Positions 32,599-43,043 of a stretch of DNA of 64,000 bases are shown here, piece after piece. Positions within the stretch are counted from its first letter, which is position 1. Each line of letters begins with the position of its first letter. The DNA lies in assembly GCA_963708295.1 (NCBI GenBank), contig CAVPSJ010000017.1, positions 64,001 to 128,000 on the forward strand. Reading direction: 5' to 3'. This stretch comes from an uncultured delta proteobacterium (GTDB lineage Bacteria > Desulfobacterota > BSN033 > UBA1163). Below the pieces are notes generated by a model. It made no database searches. It was not told the DNA's origin and saw nothing but the letters and a program-made list of their open reading frames with translations. A program made the translations under genes and the position numbers.

Positions 32599-34845
32599 AT
32601 GCTCTCGAGGCAAATAGGTCTTGTCCTCCTCGTCCTTTCTCTTTTCATCGGGATCGGTGCCGGGGCCGAGGAGAACATCTATAAAATTATGATCTTAGGA
32701 AATGTAAAGGTTGAAGAAGGGGTTATCCGGGGGGCGATCAAGAGCCGGGAGGGAAGTCCCTTTTCTGTCGAAAAGACTCGTGAGGACCTACGATCCATCT
32801 TCGATTTGGGTTACTTCACCGATGTGCAGGTCGATATCAAACCGAGTCCTCAGGGAAAAGAAGTGATCTTCATCGTCGTGGAAAAGCCTTCGATCAAAAA
32901 TATCTTGATCAAGGGAAATGACAAGGTGAAGCTGGACGATATTAAAGAGAAGATGACCCTGACGCCGCGCTCTATCCTCAACCTCGAAAAGGTGAAAGAG
33001 AATTCGGAACAAATCCGGAAACTCTATTTCTCGAAAGGGTATTACGGGGTCAAGGTGGAAGACAAGGTCGACTATTTGGAAACCAATGAAGCCGTGATCA
33101 CGTTTGCGATCTCTGAAGGCCCGAAGGGGCATATCCAAAAAATCATCTTCAAAGGGAACAAGAAAATCAAGCCTTCCCAGTTGAGGAAGCTGATGGCGAC
33201 CAAACAGAGGAATATTCTTTCCATCATCACCAAGACCGGGACCTTAGATGAGGATATTCTTAAAAATGACCTTCAACTCCTGACGGCGTACTATTTTGAT
33301 CAGGGTTATCTCGACGCGAAGATCTCCGAACCCAAGATTGATCTTTCCAACCCGAAAAAGATCCGGATCGAGATCGGGATTGTGGAGGGACCTCAATACC
33401 ACCTTGGGAATATTGACTTCAAGGGGGATGTCCTCACCACCAAAGAAGCCCTCTTCAAGGTTCTCAAGATAAAGCGGGGGGATGTCTACAGCAACACGGT
33501 CATTCGAACGGAGGTCAATGCCCTCACAGAAAAATTTGCAAACCAAGGTTATGCCTATGTCGAGATCAACCCCGAAATGGCTGTGGACAACAAAAGTCTT
33601 TTGGTCCACCTTACCTTTGAAATTGAAAAGAAGAAACGTGTCTTTTACGAGAAGATTCAAGTGGTGGGGAATGCGAAGAGCCGTGATAAGGTGATCCGAA
33701 GGGAGCTCTCGGTGGCCGAGGGAGAACGTTACAACGCCGCCGAAATGAATAAGAGCCGTGACCGACTGAAAAAGACCGGATACTTCAAAGAGGTGGACTT
33801 CACCACCAGCCGTGGGAGCACTGAAGAAGAAATCAACCTCGACGTCAAGGTCGAGGAGGCCCCGACCGGTGCCGTCACATTCGGAATTGGATATAGTACA
33901 ATAGAAAGCGTGGTGGGCTCTGCTTCAATCTCCGATCGCAATCTTTTCGGTTTGGGTTACCAGGGTAGTCTGAGGTTCAACCTCGGATTTGAAACCCAAA
34001 CTGCCAGGTTAAGCTTTACGGATCCCTATTTTTTAGGATCTCGCTATGCCGCAGGGTTTGACCTCTATCATGAAAGAATAGAGTACTTTAATGAATATAA
34101 CTATAAAATTACAGGGGGGGATCTCCGTGTCGGAAGGTCATTGACCGAAAGCATTCGTGTGGACGCGATGTATAAATATGAGGTCATTGATGTTTATGAT
34201 GTGGCAGCGAATGCCTCTCTCACCATCCAACAACAGAGAGGGAAGGCGACGACAAGCGCCATCTCTATGACTCCCTCAATGGACACTCGTGACGACTATT
34301 TCAATCCTAGGCGGGGGGGGAAACACAGCCTTTTTATTCAAAACGCAGGGGGTCCCCTGGGAGGGGATAACTATTTCGTCAAGGTGCTGGGGCAGACCAG
34401 CTGGTTTTTCCCCTTACCTTTATACTCGACTCTCAACCTTCGCGCCCAGGCGGGGGTGATCGAAGCTTACAGTGGAAGAGTAGTCCCCATCTATGAAAAA
34501 TTCTTCGTCGGAGGGATCAGCACGGTTCGGGGTTTTGAATACGGAAGGGCGGGCCCGGTGGATATCAATGATGAGCCCATCGGTGGAAAAAAAATGGTGG
34601 TCTTCAATACGGAGCTGATCTTCCCCATCTCTCGAGAGCTCGGTATGCGGGGAGCATTATTCTTCGATGTCGGGAAGGGATTTAATAGATGGAGCGAGAT
34701 GTTCCCGCTGAGAATCGGTGTGGGACCTGGAATTCGCTGGTACTCTCCCTTCGGGCCGATCCATATCGATTTCGGTTTTAACCTCAACCCCAAAAAAGGG
34801 GAGAAAGGGCATGTGCTGGATTTTACAGCAGGGACCGTTTATTAA
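32599..34845 (+). CDS. bamA: Outer membrane protein assembly factor BamA
   Basis: POTRA repeats, RNLFGLG, VRGF, RWYSPFGP. Confidence 0.97.
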   Translation: MLSRQIGLVLLVLSLFIGIGAGAEENIYKIMILGNVKVEEGVIRGAIKSREGSPFSVEKTREDLRSIFDLGYFTDVQVDIKPSPQGKEVIFIVVEKPSIKNILIKGNDKVKLDDIKEKMTLTPRSILNLEKVKENSEQIRKLYFSKGYYGVKVEDKVDYLETNEAVITFAISEGPKGHIQKIIFKGNKKIKPSQLRKLMATKQRNILSIITKTGTLDEDILKNDLQLLTAYYFDQGYLDAKISEPKIDLSNPKKIRIEIGIVEGPQYHLGNIDFKGDVLTTKEALFKVLKIKRGDVYSNTVIRTEVNALTEKFANQGYAYVEINPEMAVDNKSLLVHLTFEIEKKKRVFYEKIQVVGNAKSRDKVIRRELSVAEGERYNAAEMNKSRDRLKKTGYFKEVDFTTSRGSTEEEINLDVKVEEAPTGAVTFGIGYSTIESVVGSASISDRNLFGLGYQGSLRFNLGFETQTARLSFTDPYFLGSRYAAGFDLYHERIEYFNEYNYKITGGDLRVGRSLTESIRVDAMYKYEVIDVYDVAANASLTIQQQRGKATTSAISMTPSMDTRDDYFNPRRGGKHSLFIQNAGGPLGGDNYFVKVLGQTSWFFPLPLYSTLNLRAQAGVIEAYSGRVVPIYEKFFVGGISTVRGFEYGRAGPVDINDEPIGGKKMVVFNTELIFPISRELGMRGALFFDVGKGFNRWSEMFPLRIGVGPGIRWYSPFGPIHIDFGFNLNPKKGEKGHVLDFTAGTVY

Positions 34846-34883
34846 TAAGCTTATGTCGATGTTAAACTTAACGGAGAGGAGAA

Positions 34884-35411
34884 ATGCAAATGCACGGAAA
34901 GAAGGTAAGTCTTGTCATAGGATTGATCTTATTGGGATGTCTTGGCTCAGCCTGGGCTGCAGACTTAAAAATTGCCTACATTGATATACAGAGAGCAATC
35001 AACGAGAGTAACGCCGGAAAGGAAGCAAAAAAAACGATTACCAAGGATGTCGAAAAATTTCAGCGTCTCATCGCAGACAGGCAGAAAGAACTTCAAACCA
35101 TGAAAGATTCTTTTGAGAAGCAAGCGCTCATGCTGACCCCGGATGCCCGGGCGAACAAAGAGAAGGAATATCAGAATAAGCTTCGGGAGTTCCAGAGGTG
35201 GGGGGAGGACACGCAGAATGAGATGAATCAGAAGCGAGTGGAGATGGAGCGACAAATCTCGGCTGCCCTCGTCAAGGTGATTCAAAAATTGGGAGCGGAC
35301 GAAGGTTATACGCTCATTTTAGAAAAGAACGAGACCATAGTGCTCTTCGGCTCCAAGACGATTGATATCACCGACCGGGCGATCAAAGCGTTTGACGCTC
35401 AGAAGAAATAA
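34884..35411 (+). CDS. skp: Skp/OmpH periplasmic chaperone
   Basis: Signal peptide, KIAYIDIQ, coiled coil, IDITD; follows bamA. Confidence 0.93.
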   Translation: MQMHGKKVSLVIGLILLGCLGSAWAADLKIAYIDIQRAINESNAGKEAKKTITKDVEKFQRLIADRQKELQTMKDSFEKQALMLTPDARANKEKEYQNKLREFQRWGEDTQNEMNQKRVEMERQISAALVKVIQKLGADEGYTLILEKNETIVLFGSKTIDITDRAIKAFDAQKK

Positions 35412-35419
35412 GGGCGCAC

Positions 35420-35540
35420 TAAGTTCCAAGCTCCAATTCACAAATCATTTACGATGGACTAAAATTCAAGATTTCAAACGCAAGGGTTTCGATCCTCCGG
35501 GTGGTAAATTGATTTGGGAGGTGTGGCTTGGAATTTTCAA
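35420..35540. repeat. Intergenic 7-nt-period inverted repeat array
   Basis: aagttccaagctccaattcacaaatc…aaattcaagatttcaaac / aaattgatttgggaggtgtggcttggaattt. Confidence 0.6.
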
Positions 35541-35578
35541 ACCATTTTGATGAACCCCATGAAAGGGGACAAGGTACC

Positions 35579-36631
35579 ATGAAGAAACGTCTTAAAGATC
35601 TGGCGGAGTGGGTGGACGGGACAGTCGTTGGAGATGGGGAGATGGAGATCTCCGGAGTGGCAGCCATTGAAGAAGCCCAACCTGGAGAGATCACCTTCAT
35701 TGCCCATCCAAAATACCTTCCGTATCTCAGCAAAACCAACGCCTCTGCCGTCATTGTATCGAAAGAGGTGACGCAAGCGGACAAGTCTCTTCTTTGCGTG
35801 ATGAATCCCCAATTAGCCTTTGCCAGAGTCCTCACCCTTTTTTCACTCAAACTTTCCCAGCCAAAGGGGATTGATCCCAAGGCCTGGATTAGCCCCACAG
35901 CAAGATTGGGGAAAGACGTAACTGTCTTTCCTTTCGTCTATATTGGCGACCGTTGCTCGATTGGAGATCGGGTCACCCTTTATCCCGGAGTTTCCGTGAG
36001 CGAGGACTCTTCCATCGAAGAAGACTCAATCCTTTACTCCAATGTCTCGGTCTATCCAGGGACGATCATCGGAAAACGGGTTATACTGCATAGCGGAGTC
36101 GTGGTCGGAGGTGACGGATTCGCGTATGTGAAAGAAGGAAAGAGCAATGTGAAGATCCCACAAGTCGGTATCGTTGAAATTGAAGATGATGTCGAGATCG
36201 GTGCCAACACGACGATTGACCGGGCCACGCTGGGCAAGACGATCATCCGAAGAGGGGTGAAGATCGATAACCTCGTCATGGTGGCTCACAATGTAGTGAT
36301 CGGTGAAGACTCCATCATCGTCGCTCAAGTGGGAATTGCGGGCTCAACGAAGATCGGGAGCAATGTCACTTTGGCTGGACAGGTGGGGGTGGCCGGCCAT
36401 GTTGAAATCGGAGAGAATGCGATGGTAGGCGCCCAAGCCGGGGTGATCCATGACCTACCCGGAAACCAGGGGTACCACGGAAGTCCCGCTCTGCCTCAGC
36501 GTGAATATATCCGGGCCATCACCTCCCTTCCGAAACTACCGGAGATGAGAAAGACACTTCTCGACCTTGAGAAGCGCCTCCAAAAGGTGGAAGGAGCCCT
36601 CTCTTTAGAAGGAAAGGAAAAGGAGAAGTAA
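35579..36631 (+). CDS. lpxD: UDP-3-O-acyl-glucosamine N-acyltransferase LpxD
   Basis: Hexapeptide repeats, [25 protein letters not shown]. Confidence 0.96.
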   Translation: MKKRLKDLAEWVDGTVVGDGEMEISGVAAIEEAQPGEITFIAHPKYLPYLSKTNASAVIVSKEVTQADKSLLCVMNPQLAFARVLTLFSLKLSQPKGIDPKAWISPTARLGKDVTVFPFVYIGDRCSIGDRVTLYPGVSVSEDSSIEEDSILYSNVSVYPGTIIGKRVILHSGVVVGGDGFAYVKEGKSNVKIPQVGIVEIEDDVEIGANTTIDRATLGKTIIRRGVKIDNLVMVAHNVVIGEDSIIVAQVGIAGSTKIGSNVTLAGQVGVAGHVEIGENAMVGAQAGVIHDLPGNQGYHGSPALPQREYIRAITSLPKLPEMRKTLLDLEKRLQKVEGALSLEGKEKEK

Positions 36632-37069
36632 ATGATAGAGATCAATGAAATCATGAAAGTTCTTCCCCATGCCTACCCATTTTTGTTGGTGGATCGGATT
36701 GTGGAGATCGAGCCCGAAAAACGGATCGTCGGAATTAAGAATGTCACTTACAATGAACCCTTCTTCCCCGGCCATTTTCCAGGTCGACCCATCATGCCGG
36801 GGGTCCTCATCGTGGAAGCCATGGCTCAGGCCGCGGGCGTCCTCGTCTTTAAGTCCTTACCGGAAGAGAAGTACGGACAGGCAGTCTTTTTTCTGGGGAT
36901 CGACAATGTCCGGTTTAGAAAACCCGTGATTCCTGGAGACCAACTTCGGCTCGAGGTGGAAATCACGAAACATCGTCAAGCCATCTGGGGATTTAAGGGC
37001 AAAGCTCTGGTCGACGGGAAACTGGTTGCTGAAGCAGAACTCTTGGCCATGATGGGGGAGGAAAAATGA
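36632..37069 (+). CDS. fabZ: 3-hydroxyacyl-ACP dehydratase FabZ
   Basis: [33 protein letters not shown]. Confidence 0.97.
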   Translation: MIEINEIMKVLPHAYPFLLVDRIVEIEPEKRIVGIKNVTYNEPFFPGHFPGRPIMPGVLIVEAMAQAAGVLVFKSLPEEKYGQAVFFLGIDNVRFRKPVIPGDQLRLEVEITKHRQAIWGFKGKALVDGKLVAEAELLAMMGEEK

Positions 37070-37839
37070 TTCATCCAACTGCCCTCGTCGACCCAAAAGC
37101 TGAAATTGGTGAAAATGTCGATATCGGTCCCTACTCTGTGATTGAGAAGAGAGTCTCCCTCGGTGAGGGGACGAAGATTGGCCCCCATGTCGTCGTCAGA
37201 GAGGGAACTCAATTTGGAAGGCAATGTCAAATCTATCAATTCTGCTCCATTGGGGAAGCGCCTCAGGCCACTGCGTACAGGGGAGAGCCCACCCTCCTGC
37301 AGGTGGGGGATCATAATATCATTCGGGAGTATGTTACCCTCCATCGAGGGTCTGTAAAAGGGGGCGGAAGAACCGTTCTTGGAAATGAGAACTTTATCAT
37401 GGCCTACTCCCACGTCGCCCACGATTGTCAGATTGGAAACCATGTGGTGATGGCCAATGGAGCAACGTTGGCAGGACACATCCTCATCGAAGATCATGCG
37501 ATTATCGGCGGACTGTCTGCGATCCATCAATTCTGCCGGGTCGGCACGTATGCGATTATCAGCGGTTTAACCGGCATCAGTCAGGATATTCCTCCCTATA
37601 TGATGGCCGCTGGAGACCGAGCGAAGCTCTTCGGACTCAACACCATCGGGCTCAAACGGGCCATGTTCTCAGAGGAGACGCTGAAGGCCCTGAAAAAGGC
37701 CTACCGCATCATTTTTCGCTCCTGTCTGACACTGGAGAAATCGATGAAGAATATAGAGGAGGATGACATCTTTCAGATCCCGGAGGTCCAGCATCTCCTC
37801 CAGTTTATTCAACATTCGAAGAGGGGGATCTGCCGTTAA
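37066..37839 (+). CDS. lpxA: Acyl-ACP--UDP-GlcNAc O-acyltransferase LpxA
   Basis: IHPTA, HVAHDC, LAGH, HQFCRVG, SKRGI. Confidence 0.96.
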   Translation: MIHPTALVDPKAEIGENVDIGPYSVIEKRVSLGEGTKIGPHVVVREGTQFGRQCQIYQFCSIGEAPQATAYRGEPTLLQVGDHNIIREYVTLHRGSVKGGGRTVLGNENFIMAYSHVAHDCQIGNHVVMANGATLAGHILIEDHAIIGGLSAIHQFCRVGTYAIISGLTGISQDIPPYMMAAGDRAKLFGLNTIGLKRAMFSEETLKALKKAYRIIFRSCLTLEKSMKNIEEDDIFQIPEVQHLLQFIQHSKRGICR

Positions 37840-38805
37840 GTGGAAAAACTCAAGGTCGGAGTCGTCGGTGTCGGTTACTTTGGCCAATTCCACGCAGAGA
37901 AGTATTCCAAGGTTGAAGACGTGGAACTGGTCGGCGTGGCCGATGCGGATGAATCCCGCGCGAGAGAAATTGCCAAACGATACCGAACCCAGCCTTTCTT
38001 CCGTTATGCTGACCTTTTCCGGAAAGTCCAGGCGGTCACCATCGCCGTCCCCACCCCCTTCCACTACTCCGTAACGAGAGAGTGCTTCCTGCAAGGGGTC
38101 GATGTGTTGCTTGAAAAACCCATCTCCAGTACGCTTGAGGAAGCGGATGAATTGATCCGCTTATCGGAATCAAAAGGCTTGATCTTTCAAATCGGTCATT
38201 TGGAACGGTTCAACGGAGCTTTGTCCACCATCGAAGGGAAGGTGCGACATCCATGGTTTATCGAATGTCATCGGCTGGGTCCTTTCTCAGGGAGGGGAAC
38301 CGAAGTCGATGTCGTATTGGACTTGATGGTTCATGATCTCGATATTCTTTTGAGCCTCGTGGACACAAAGGTGAAGGAACTCCGGGCCATGGGTATCCCC
38401 GTTCTCACCCACACCTCGGACATTGCCAATGCCCGTATTGAATTCGAAAATGGATGTACAGCCAGCTTGACCGCAAGCCGAGTTTCTGAAGAAAAGATTC
38501 GGAAAACCCGGGTCTTTCAGGCGGATGGAATCCTTTCCATCGACTACATTTTGCAAAAACTCTCCTTCTCAAGAAAGGCGGTTTCTCCCGGAAAGAAGAA
38601 GATGCCAGAGATGGTCACCGAAGAGGTCCCGGTCAAGAAGGTCGATCTTCTGGAGAGGGAGATTCACTCCTTTCTTGAGAGCGTGAGAAATCGCAAGAGG
38701 CCCCGGGTCTCAGGAACAGACGGAAGGCAGGCATTAGAGCTGGCACTCCGGATCATCCGAAAGATCGATGATCAAAACGAAAAAAGGAGAGAGCGGGGCA
38801 GCTGA
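37840..38805 (+). CDS. Gfo/Idh/MocA oxidoreductase, GnnA-like (UDP-GlcNAc 3-dehydrogenase candidate)
   Basis: GVVGVGYFG..HA, LLEKP, GHLERFN, VVLDLMVHD; lies between lpxA and lpxB. Confidence 0.8.
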   Translation: MEKLKVGVVGVGYFGQFHAEKYSKVEDVELVGVADADESRAREIAKRYRTQPFFRYADLFRKVQAVTIAVPTPFHYSVTRECFLQGVDVLLEKPISSTLEEADELIRLSESKGLIFQIGHLERFNGALSTIEGKVRHPWFIECHRLGPFSGRGTEVDVVLDLMVHDLDILLSLVDTKVKELRAMGIPVLTHTSDIANARIEFENGCTASLTASRVSEEKIRKTRVFQADGILSIDYILQKLSFSRKAVSPGKKKMPEMVTEEVPVKKVDLLEREIHSFLESVRNRKRPRVSGTDGRQALELALRIIRKIDDQNEKRRERGS

Positions 38806-38808
38806 CGG

Positions 38809-39957
38809 ATGGAGTTGAAAAAGATCCTGTTGGTCGCTGGAGAAGCTTCGGGGGACCTCCATGGATCCCACCTGGTGGAGGCCATCCAACGTATTCACCC
38901 GGAAACACAGTTTTTGGGGGTTGGGGGAGAAGGGTTGAGGAGAGTGGGAATGAAACTCCTTTATCATTCTCAGTCCCTTTCTGTCGTGGGGATTACGGAA
39001 GTCTTCGCAAAGCTGGGGTCTATCTTAAAGGCCTTGCGGATATTGAAAGGGTCCCTTGAAAGGGAGAAACCGGATCTTGTCATCCTCATTGATTTTCCTG
39101 AATTTAATCTTCGGCTGGCAAGAATCGCCCATCGTAGAGGAATCCCCATTCTTTACTACATCAGTCCCCAGATATGGGCCTGGAGGCCCAGCAGGATTAA
39201 GCTGATTGCTCGGGTGGTGAAAAAAATGGTCGTTCTCTTCCCCTTTGAAGTCCCTCTTTATGAAGCCGCCGGGGTCGATGTGGAGTGGGTAGGTCATCCG
39301 CTGCTCGATATGGTGAAGCCAACCCTGTCCAAGGAAAGGGCGTTTGACCAATTTGGTCTGGATCCCAAACGAAGAACCGTGGGGTTACTCCCTGGAAGCC
39401 GATTCCACGAGATAGAAAGGCTTCTTCCTCCCCTGCTGGATTCGGCGCATCGCCTCTACAAAGAGATCCCCGATCTTCAGTTCGTCATTCCTCTCGCCCC
39501 CGGTATTCCCAGGACCACCTTGTCATCCCGGATGAAGAATGTTTCGGCACCCGTGAAGGTGGTGGAGGGTTTTACGTATGATGTGATGAACCTTTGTGAG
39601 CTTCTCATCACGGCATCGGGGACGGCCACGCTGGAAGGAGGAATTCTTGGAAAGCCGATGATCATTATTTATAAAGTTTCTATCCCGTCCTACTGGGTCG
39701 GCAGGGCTTTAATTCGAGTGAACCACATCGGCCTCGTCAATTTGGTGGCAGAAAAAGAAATCGCTCCGGAACTGATTCAGAAGGATGTCAATCCCCGGAG
39801 GATTGCCGATGAGGCATTTCGTATCTTAAAGGACCCCCTCTTGAGTCGAAAGATGTCGGAATCGATGGGAGAGGTTCGTCAGAAACTTGGGGAGCCCGGA
39901 GCGGCACAACGAGCCGCCCGCATCGTTTGTTCGATGTTATCGGAGCCGAAATCTTGA
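38809..39957 (+). CDS. lpxB: Lipid-A-disaccharide synthase LpxB
   Basis: VAGEASGD, IDFPEFN, SPQIWAWR, LLPGSR, ASGTATLE. Confidence 0.97.
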   Translation: MELKKILLVAGEASGDLHGSHLVEAIQRIHPETQFLGVGGEGLRRVGMKLLYHSQSLSVVGITEVFAKLGSILKALRILKGSLEREKPDLVILIDFPEFNLRLARIAHRRGIPILYYISPQIWAWRPSRIKLIARVVKKMVVLFPFEVPLYEAAGVDVEWVGHPLLDMVKPTLSKERAFDQFGLDPKRRTVGLLPGSRFHEIERLLPPLLDSAHRLYKEIPDLQFVIPLAPGIPRTTLSSRMKNVSAPVKVVEGFTYDVMNLCELLITASGTATLEGGILGKPMIIIYKVSIPSYWVGRALIRVNHIGLVNLVAEKEIAPELIQKDVNPRRIADEAFRILKDPLLSRKMSESMGEVRQKLGEPGAAQRAARIVCSMLSEPKS

Positions 39958-40068
39958 TCACTATGATCGGGTGAAGAATCAGGATGATCAAGATACCTGG
40001 AAATCAGGCTTGATGCTGATCCCTCGTTCATCGCCTGGTCCTCTGATGCCGTGATGGCTTGATCCGTT
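39956..40068. repeat. Degenerate ATCAGG/CCTGAT-type short-period inverted repeat array
   Basis: gatcgggtgaagaatcaggatgatcaagatacctggaaatcagg / ctgatccc…cctggtcctctgatgccgtgatggcttgatcc. Confidence 0.5.
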
Positions 40069-40083
40069 CAGTAAAGGACGAAA

Positions 40084-41925
40084 ATGTCAATCTACCGCAG
40101 ACTTCTTGAATTCGTTAAACCCTATTGGTTCAAATTGGTCCTTGCCGTTATTTGTATGATCTTTGTCTCCCTTCTGACCTCTCTGACCGCATGGCTTTTT
40201 AAACCCGTCGTGGACGGTGTTTTTTTCAAGAAAGAAGCGGTTTCTTCAGTAACGATTCCAACGTTTGTAAATGATTTGATCGTATACTTTCATCTTGAAG
40301 GACTCTTACTCAAAAAGGGCGCGGAGATGCTCCGTTTACTCCCCTTTGTCCTTATCCTTCTTTTCTTGTTAAAGGGGATTTTCAATTACGGCCAGTATTA
40401 TTTCATGAATTTTGTGGGACAGAAGATCATTGCGGATATCCGGGAGAAACTCTATAACCATCTCCAAACCCTCTCTCTCTCCTTTTTTACAAAGACCCCG
40501 ACCGGCATCATCATTTCCCGGATCACCAATGATGTGACACTGGTTCAAGGGGCGGTCTCCAGCGCCGCGGCGGGTATTTTCAAAGATATCTTTACCTTTT
40601 TCGGCCTCGTTGTTGTTGCCTTTCTTCAAAGCTGGGAGTTGGCCATTATCTTTTACATTATCTCCCCGTTGGCCTTTATCCCTATCAGAGTTTTTGGAAA
40701 AAGGATGCGAAAATTCTCCCGGAAGGGACAGCAGCGAATGGGCTCGATTACGACCTTCCTCCATGAAACCATTACCGGAAACCGGATTGTGAAGGCCTTC
40801 AACATGGAAGAGTATGAAAAGAAACGCTTCGCTGAAGAGAATCACCGGTTATTCAAGACCTTCCTCCAACGGATAAAAGTTCGAGCACTCAATACTCCCC
40901 TGATGGAATTATTAGGAGGGATTGCGGGGGCCATTATCATCTGGCTGGGCGGTCGTATGATCATGCAAGGAGATATCACTCCGGGAGGGTTTGGCTCATT
41001 CCTGCTGGCCGTGATGATGTGCTATGCCCCCATACGGAATTTGAGCAAAGTCAACCTCGAAATCCAGGAGGGTCTGGCGGGAGCCACCCGGGTTTTTGAA
41101 CTTCTCGATACCCCCCCGGACATCGAAGATGAAGAAGCTGCGATTTTTCTTCCACCTATTTCCAAAGGGATCGACTTTCAAAAAATTACCTTCAAATATG
41201 AAGAGGAAATCGTTCTCAAAGATATTTTTCTCCACGTGAAGGCAGGGGACGTCATTGCCTTGGTCGGCATGAGTGGAGCCGGCAAAACCTCTCTCGTGAA
41301 CCTTCTGCCTCGTTTCTATGACGTGGACCAAGGCCAAATCCTCATCGATGGGCATGACATTCGAAAGGTGAACCTCAAATCCCTCAGGAATCAGATTGGC
41401 TTGGTCACGCAGCAAACGATCCTCTTTAATGACACGGCCCGGAATAATATTGCCTATGGAGATCAGAATTGCTCCGATCAGGAGATCATTGGAGCAGCCA
41501 AGGCCGCCAATGCCCATGACTTCATCCAGAGATTGCCCCAGGGGTACGAGACGATCATCGGCGAGCAGGGGGTCAAGCTCTCCGGAGGGGAGCGTCAGCG
41601 CATCTCCATCGCCAGGGCTCTCTTGAAGAATGCCCCTATTTTGATTTTGGACGAAGCCACCTCTTCTCTGGATTCTGATTCCGAGGCAGAAGTCCAAAAG
41701 GCATTAGACGAGTTGATGAAGGGCAGAACGGTCCTTGTCATCGCCCATCGACTTTCAACGGTACGCAATGCCCACCGGATCATTGTTCTTTCTGAAGGCC
41801 GGATTGTAGAGCAAGGGACCCATGAGGAATTGATGACCCTCGACGGGGAATATCGACGTCTCTATGATCTTCAGTTCAAAGAGGGTGGGAGAGTACACGC
41901 GGCGGCGAAGCCCAAGGTCTATTAA
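40084..41925 (+). CDS. msbA: Lipid A flippase MsbA
   Basis: ABC TMD plus NBD (GMSGAGKT, LSGGERQR, LDEATSSLD); lipid A operon context. Confidence 0.92.
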   Translation: MSIYRRLLEFVKPYWFKLVLAVICMIFVSLLTSLTAWLFKPVVDGVFFKKEAVSSVTIPTFVNDLIVYFHLEGLLLKKGAEMLRLLPFVLILLFLLKGIFNYGQYYFMNFVGQKIIADIREKLYNHLQTLSLSFFTKTPTGIIISRITNDVTLVQGAVSSAAAGIFKDIFTFFGLVVVAFLQSWELAIIFYIISPLAFIPIRVFGKRMRKFSRKGQQRMGSITTFLHETITGNRIVKAFNMEEYEKKRFAEENHRLFKTFLQRIKVRALNTPLMELLGGIAGAIIIWLGGRMIMQGDITPGGFGSFLLAVMMCYAPIRNLSKVNLEIQEGLAGATRVFELLDTPPDIEDEEAAIFLPPISKGIDFQKITFKYEEEIVLKDIFLHVKAGDVIALVGMSGAGKTSLVNLLPRFYDVDQGQILIDGHDIRKVNLKSLRNQIGLVTQQTILFNDTARNNIAYGDQNCSDQEIIGAAKAANAHDFIQRLPQGYETIIGEQGVKLSGGERQRISIARALLKNAPILILDEATSSLDSDSEAEVQKALDELMKGRTVLVIAHRLSTVRNAHRIIVLSEGRIVEQGTHEELMTLDGEYRRLYDLQFKEGGRVHAAAKPKVY

Positions 41926-42028
41926 TTTCGATTGCGGAGTGCGGATTGCAGGGTGCGGAATAAACTCCGAAATCCGCATCCCCCAGCCTGCCAAAGAAAT
42001 TGTTCGGCGGGCAGGCGAATTCCAAAAT
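41925..42028. repeat. 7-nt-period (TGCGGAN / TCCGCA) inverted array with a nested GCCTGCC…GGCAGGC element
   Basis: ttgcggagtgcggattgcagggtgcggaat / actccgaaatccgcatcccca[gcctgcc…ggcaggc 41986-42016]gaattccaaaat. Confidence 0.7.
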
Positions 42029-42036
42029 AAACAAGG

Positions 42037-42729
42037 ATGTTTCTTAAAACTCTGAAGAAAAAACTGGTGTCTTGGTTGGGTCCGTGGTTAGCCTTCTGGA
42101 CCATTCAGATTTTGTCCTGGACGATGCAGTTTGACGAAGTCAATCCAGAGATCCCGGGACGGTTCTGGGAAAAGGGAATTCCAGCCATCGGGGCTTTCTG
42201 GCATGGAAGGCTATTGATGATGCCGATCGTCTATAAAGGAAAGGATTTAAGTTTCCTTGTCTCTTCCCATCGGGATGGCCAGGTGGTGGGAAAGGCCCTA
42301 CGACGGTTCGGTTTCCATGCCATCCTGGGTTCGACCACCCGAAAGGGTTTCTCGGGGTTCAAACAAATGGTCAAGGCTCATGGGTCCGATATCGCCATCG
42401 TCCCCGATGGCCCGAGGGGACCCCGCTGCCGGGTGCAAATTGGCGTGATTGAGTTGGCCAAACTGACGGGAAGGGCTGTGGTTCCATTGACTTTCAGCGC
42501 CTCGAAAAGGAAGATCTTTAACACCTGGGATCGGTTTCTCCTCCCCTATCCTTTTTCAAAAGGGGTGTTTATGTGGGGAGAGCCGATCGAGGTGGATCCG
42601 CAGGGAGACCGGTCCCATCTTGAGGAGAAAAGAATCCTTTTAGAAAATCGTCTCAACGAATTGACTGAAAGGGCAGACCATTTTTTCGACAAAAGCAATG
42701 CCAAATGCCAAAATCCAAATGACAACTGA
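42037..42729 (+). CDS. DUF374 lysophospholipid acyltransferase family (LpxJ-like)
   Basis: AFWHGR, VSSHRDG, GST, VPDGPRGP, WDRFLLPYPF; between msbA and waaA. Confidence 0.85.
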   Translation: MFLKTLKKKLVSWLGPWLAFWTIQILSWTMQFDEVNPEIPGRFWEKGIPAIGAFWHGRLLMMPIVYKGKDLSFLVSSHRDGQVVGKALRRFGFHAILGSTTRKGFSGFKQMVKAHGSDIAIVPDGPRGPRCRVQIGVIELAKLTGRAVVPLTFSASKRKIFNTWDRFLLPYPFSKGVFMWGEPIEVDPQGDRSHLEEKRILLENRLNELTERADHFFDKSNAKCQNPNDN

Positions 42730-43025
42730 ATGCGCAAAAATGGCCAAAATTTGAAGAGATAATTCTGGAATAACGGAATAGTGGAATCATGTAAGAGAAT
42801 CAAAGAATTTCTTGTTTAACTCAGTATTCCAGTGTTCCATCATTCCATTCTTCTCCGTTTCTCTTTGGCATTTGAGCTTTGGATTTGCTTTGACCGGCAA
42901 GTGCTCCGTCCCGCCAAAGCGGGATCGGCGGGGTCAAGTCGATAAGACCCGACCACGGGGGGCACCATATGAATGAAAATACCTTGCCGGGAAACTTCAC
43001 ATTTGAGATTTGTCATTTGACATTC
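42696..43025. repeat. Nested composite: 7-mer inverted array, 8-mer inverted array and a CCGGCAAG…CTTGCCGG element
   Basis: Outer caaatgccaaaatccaaatgac / tttggcatttgagctttggattt…tttgagatttgtcatttgacatt; inner tggaataacggaatagtggaat / tattccagtgttccatcattccat; TIR element at 42894-42990. Confidence 0.75.
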
Positions 43026-43043
43026 TAATCTCCCGATAATTGA

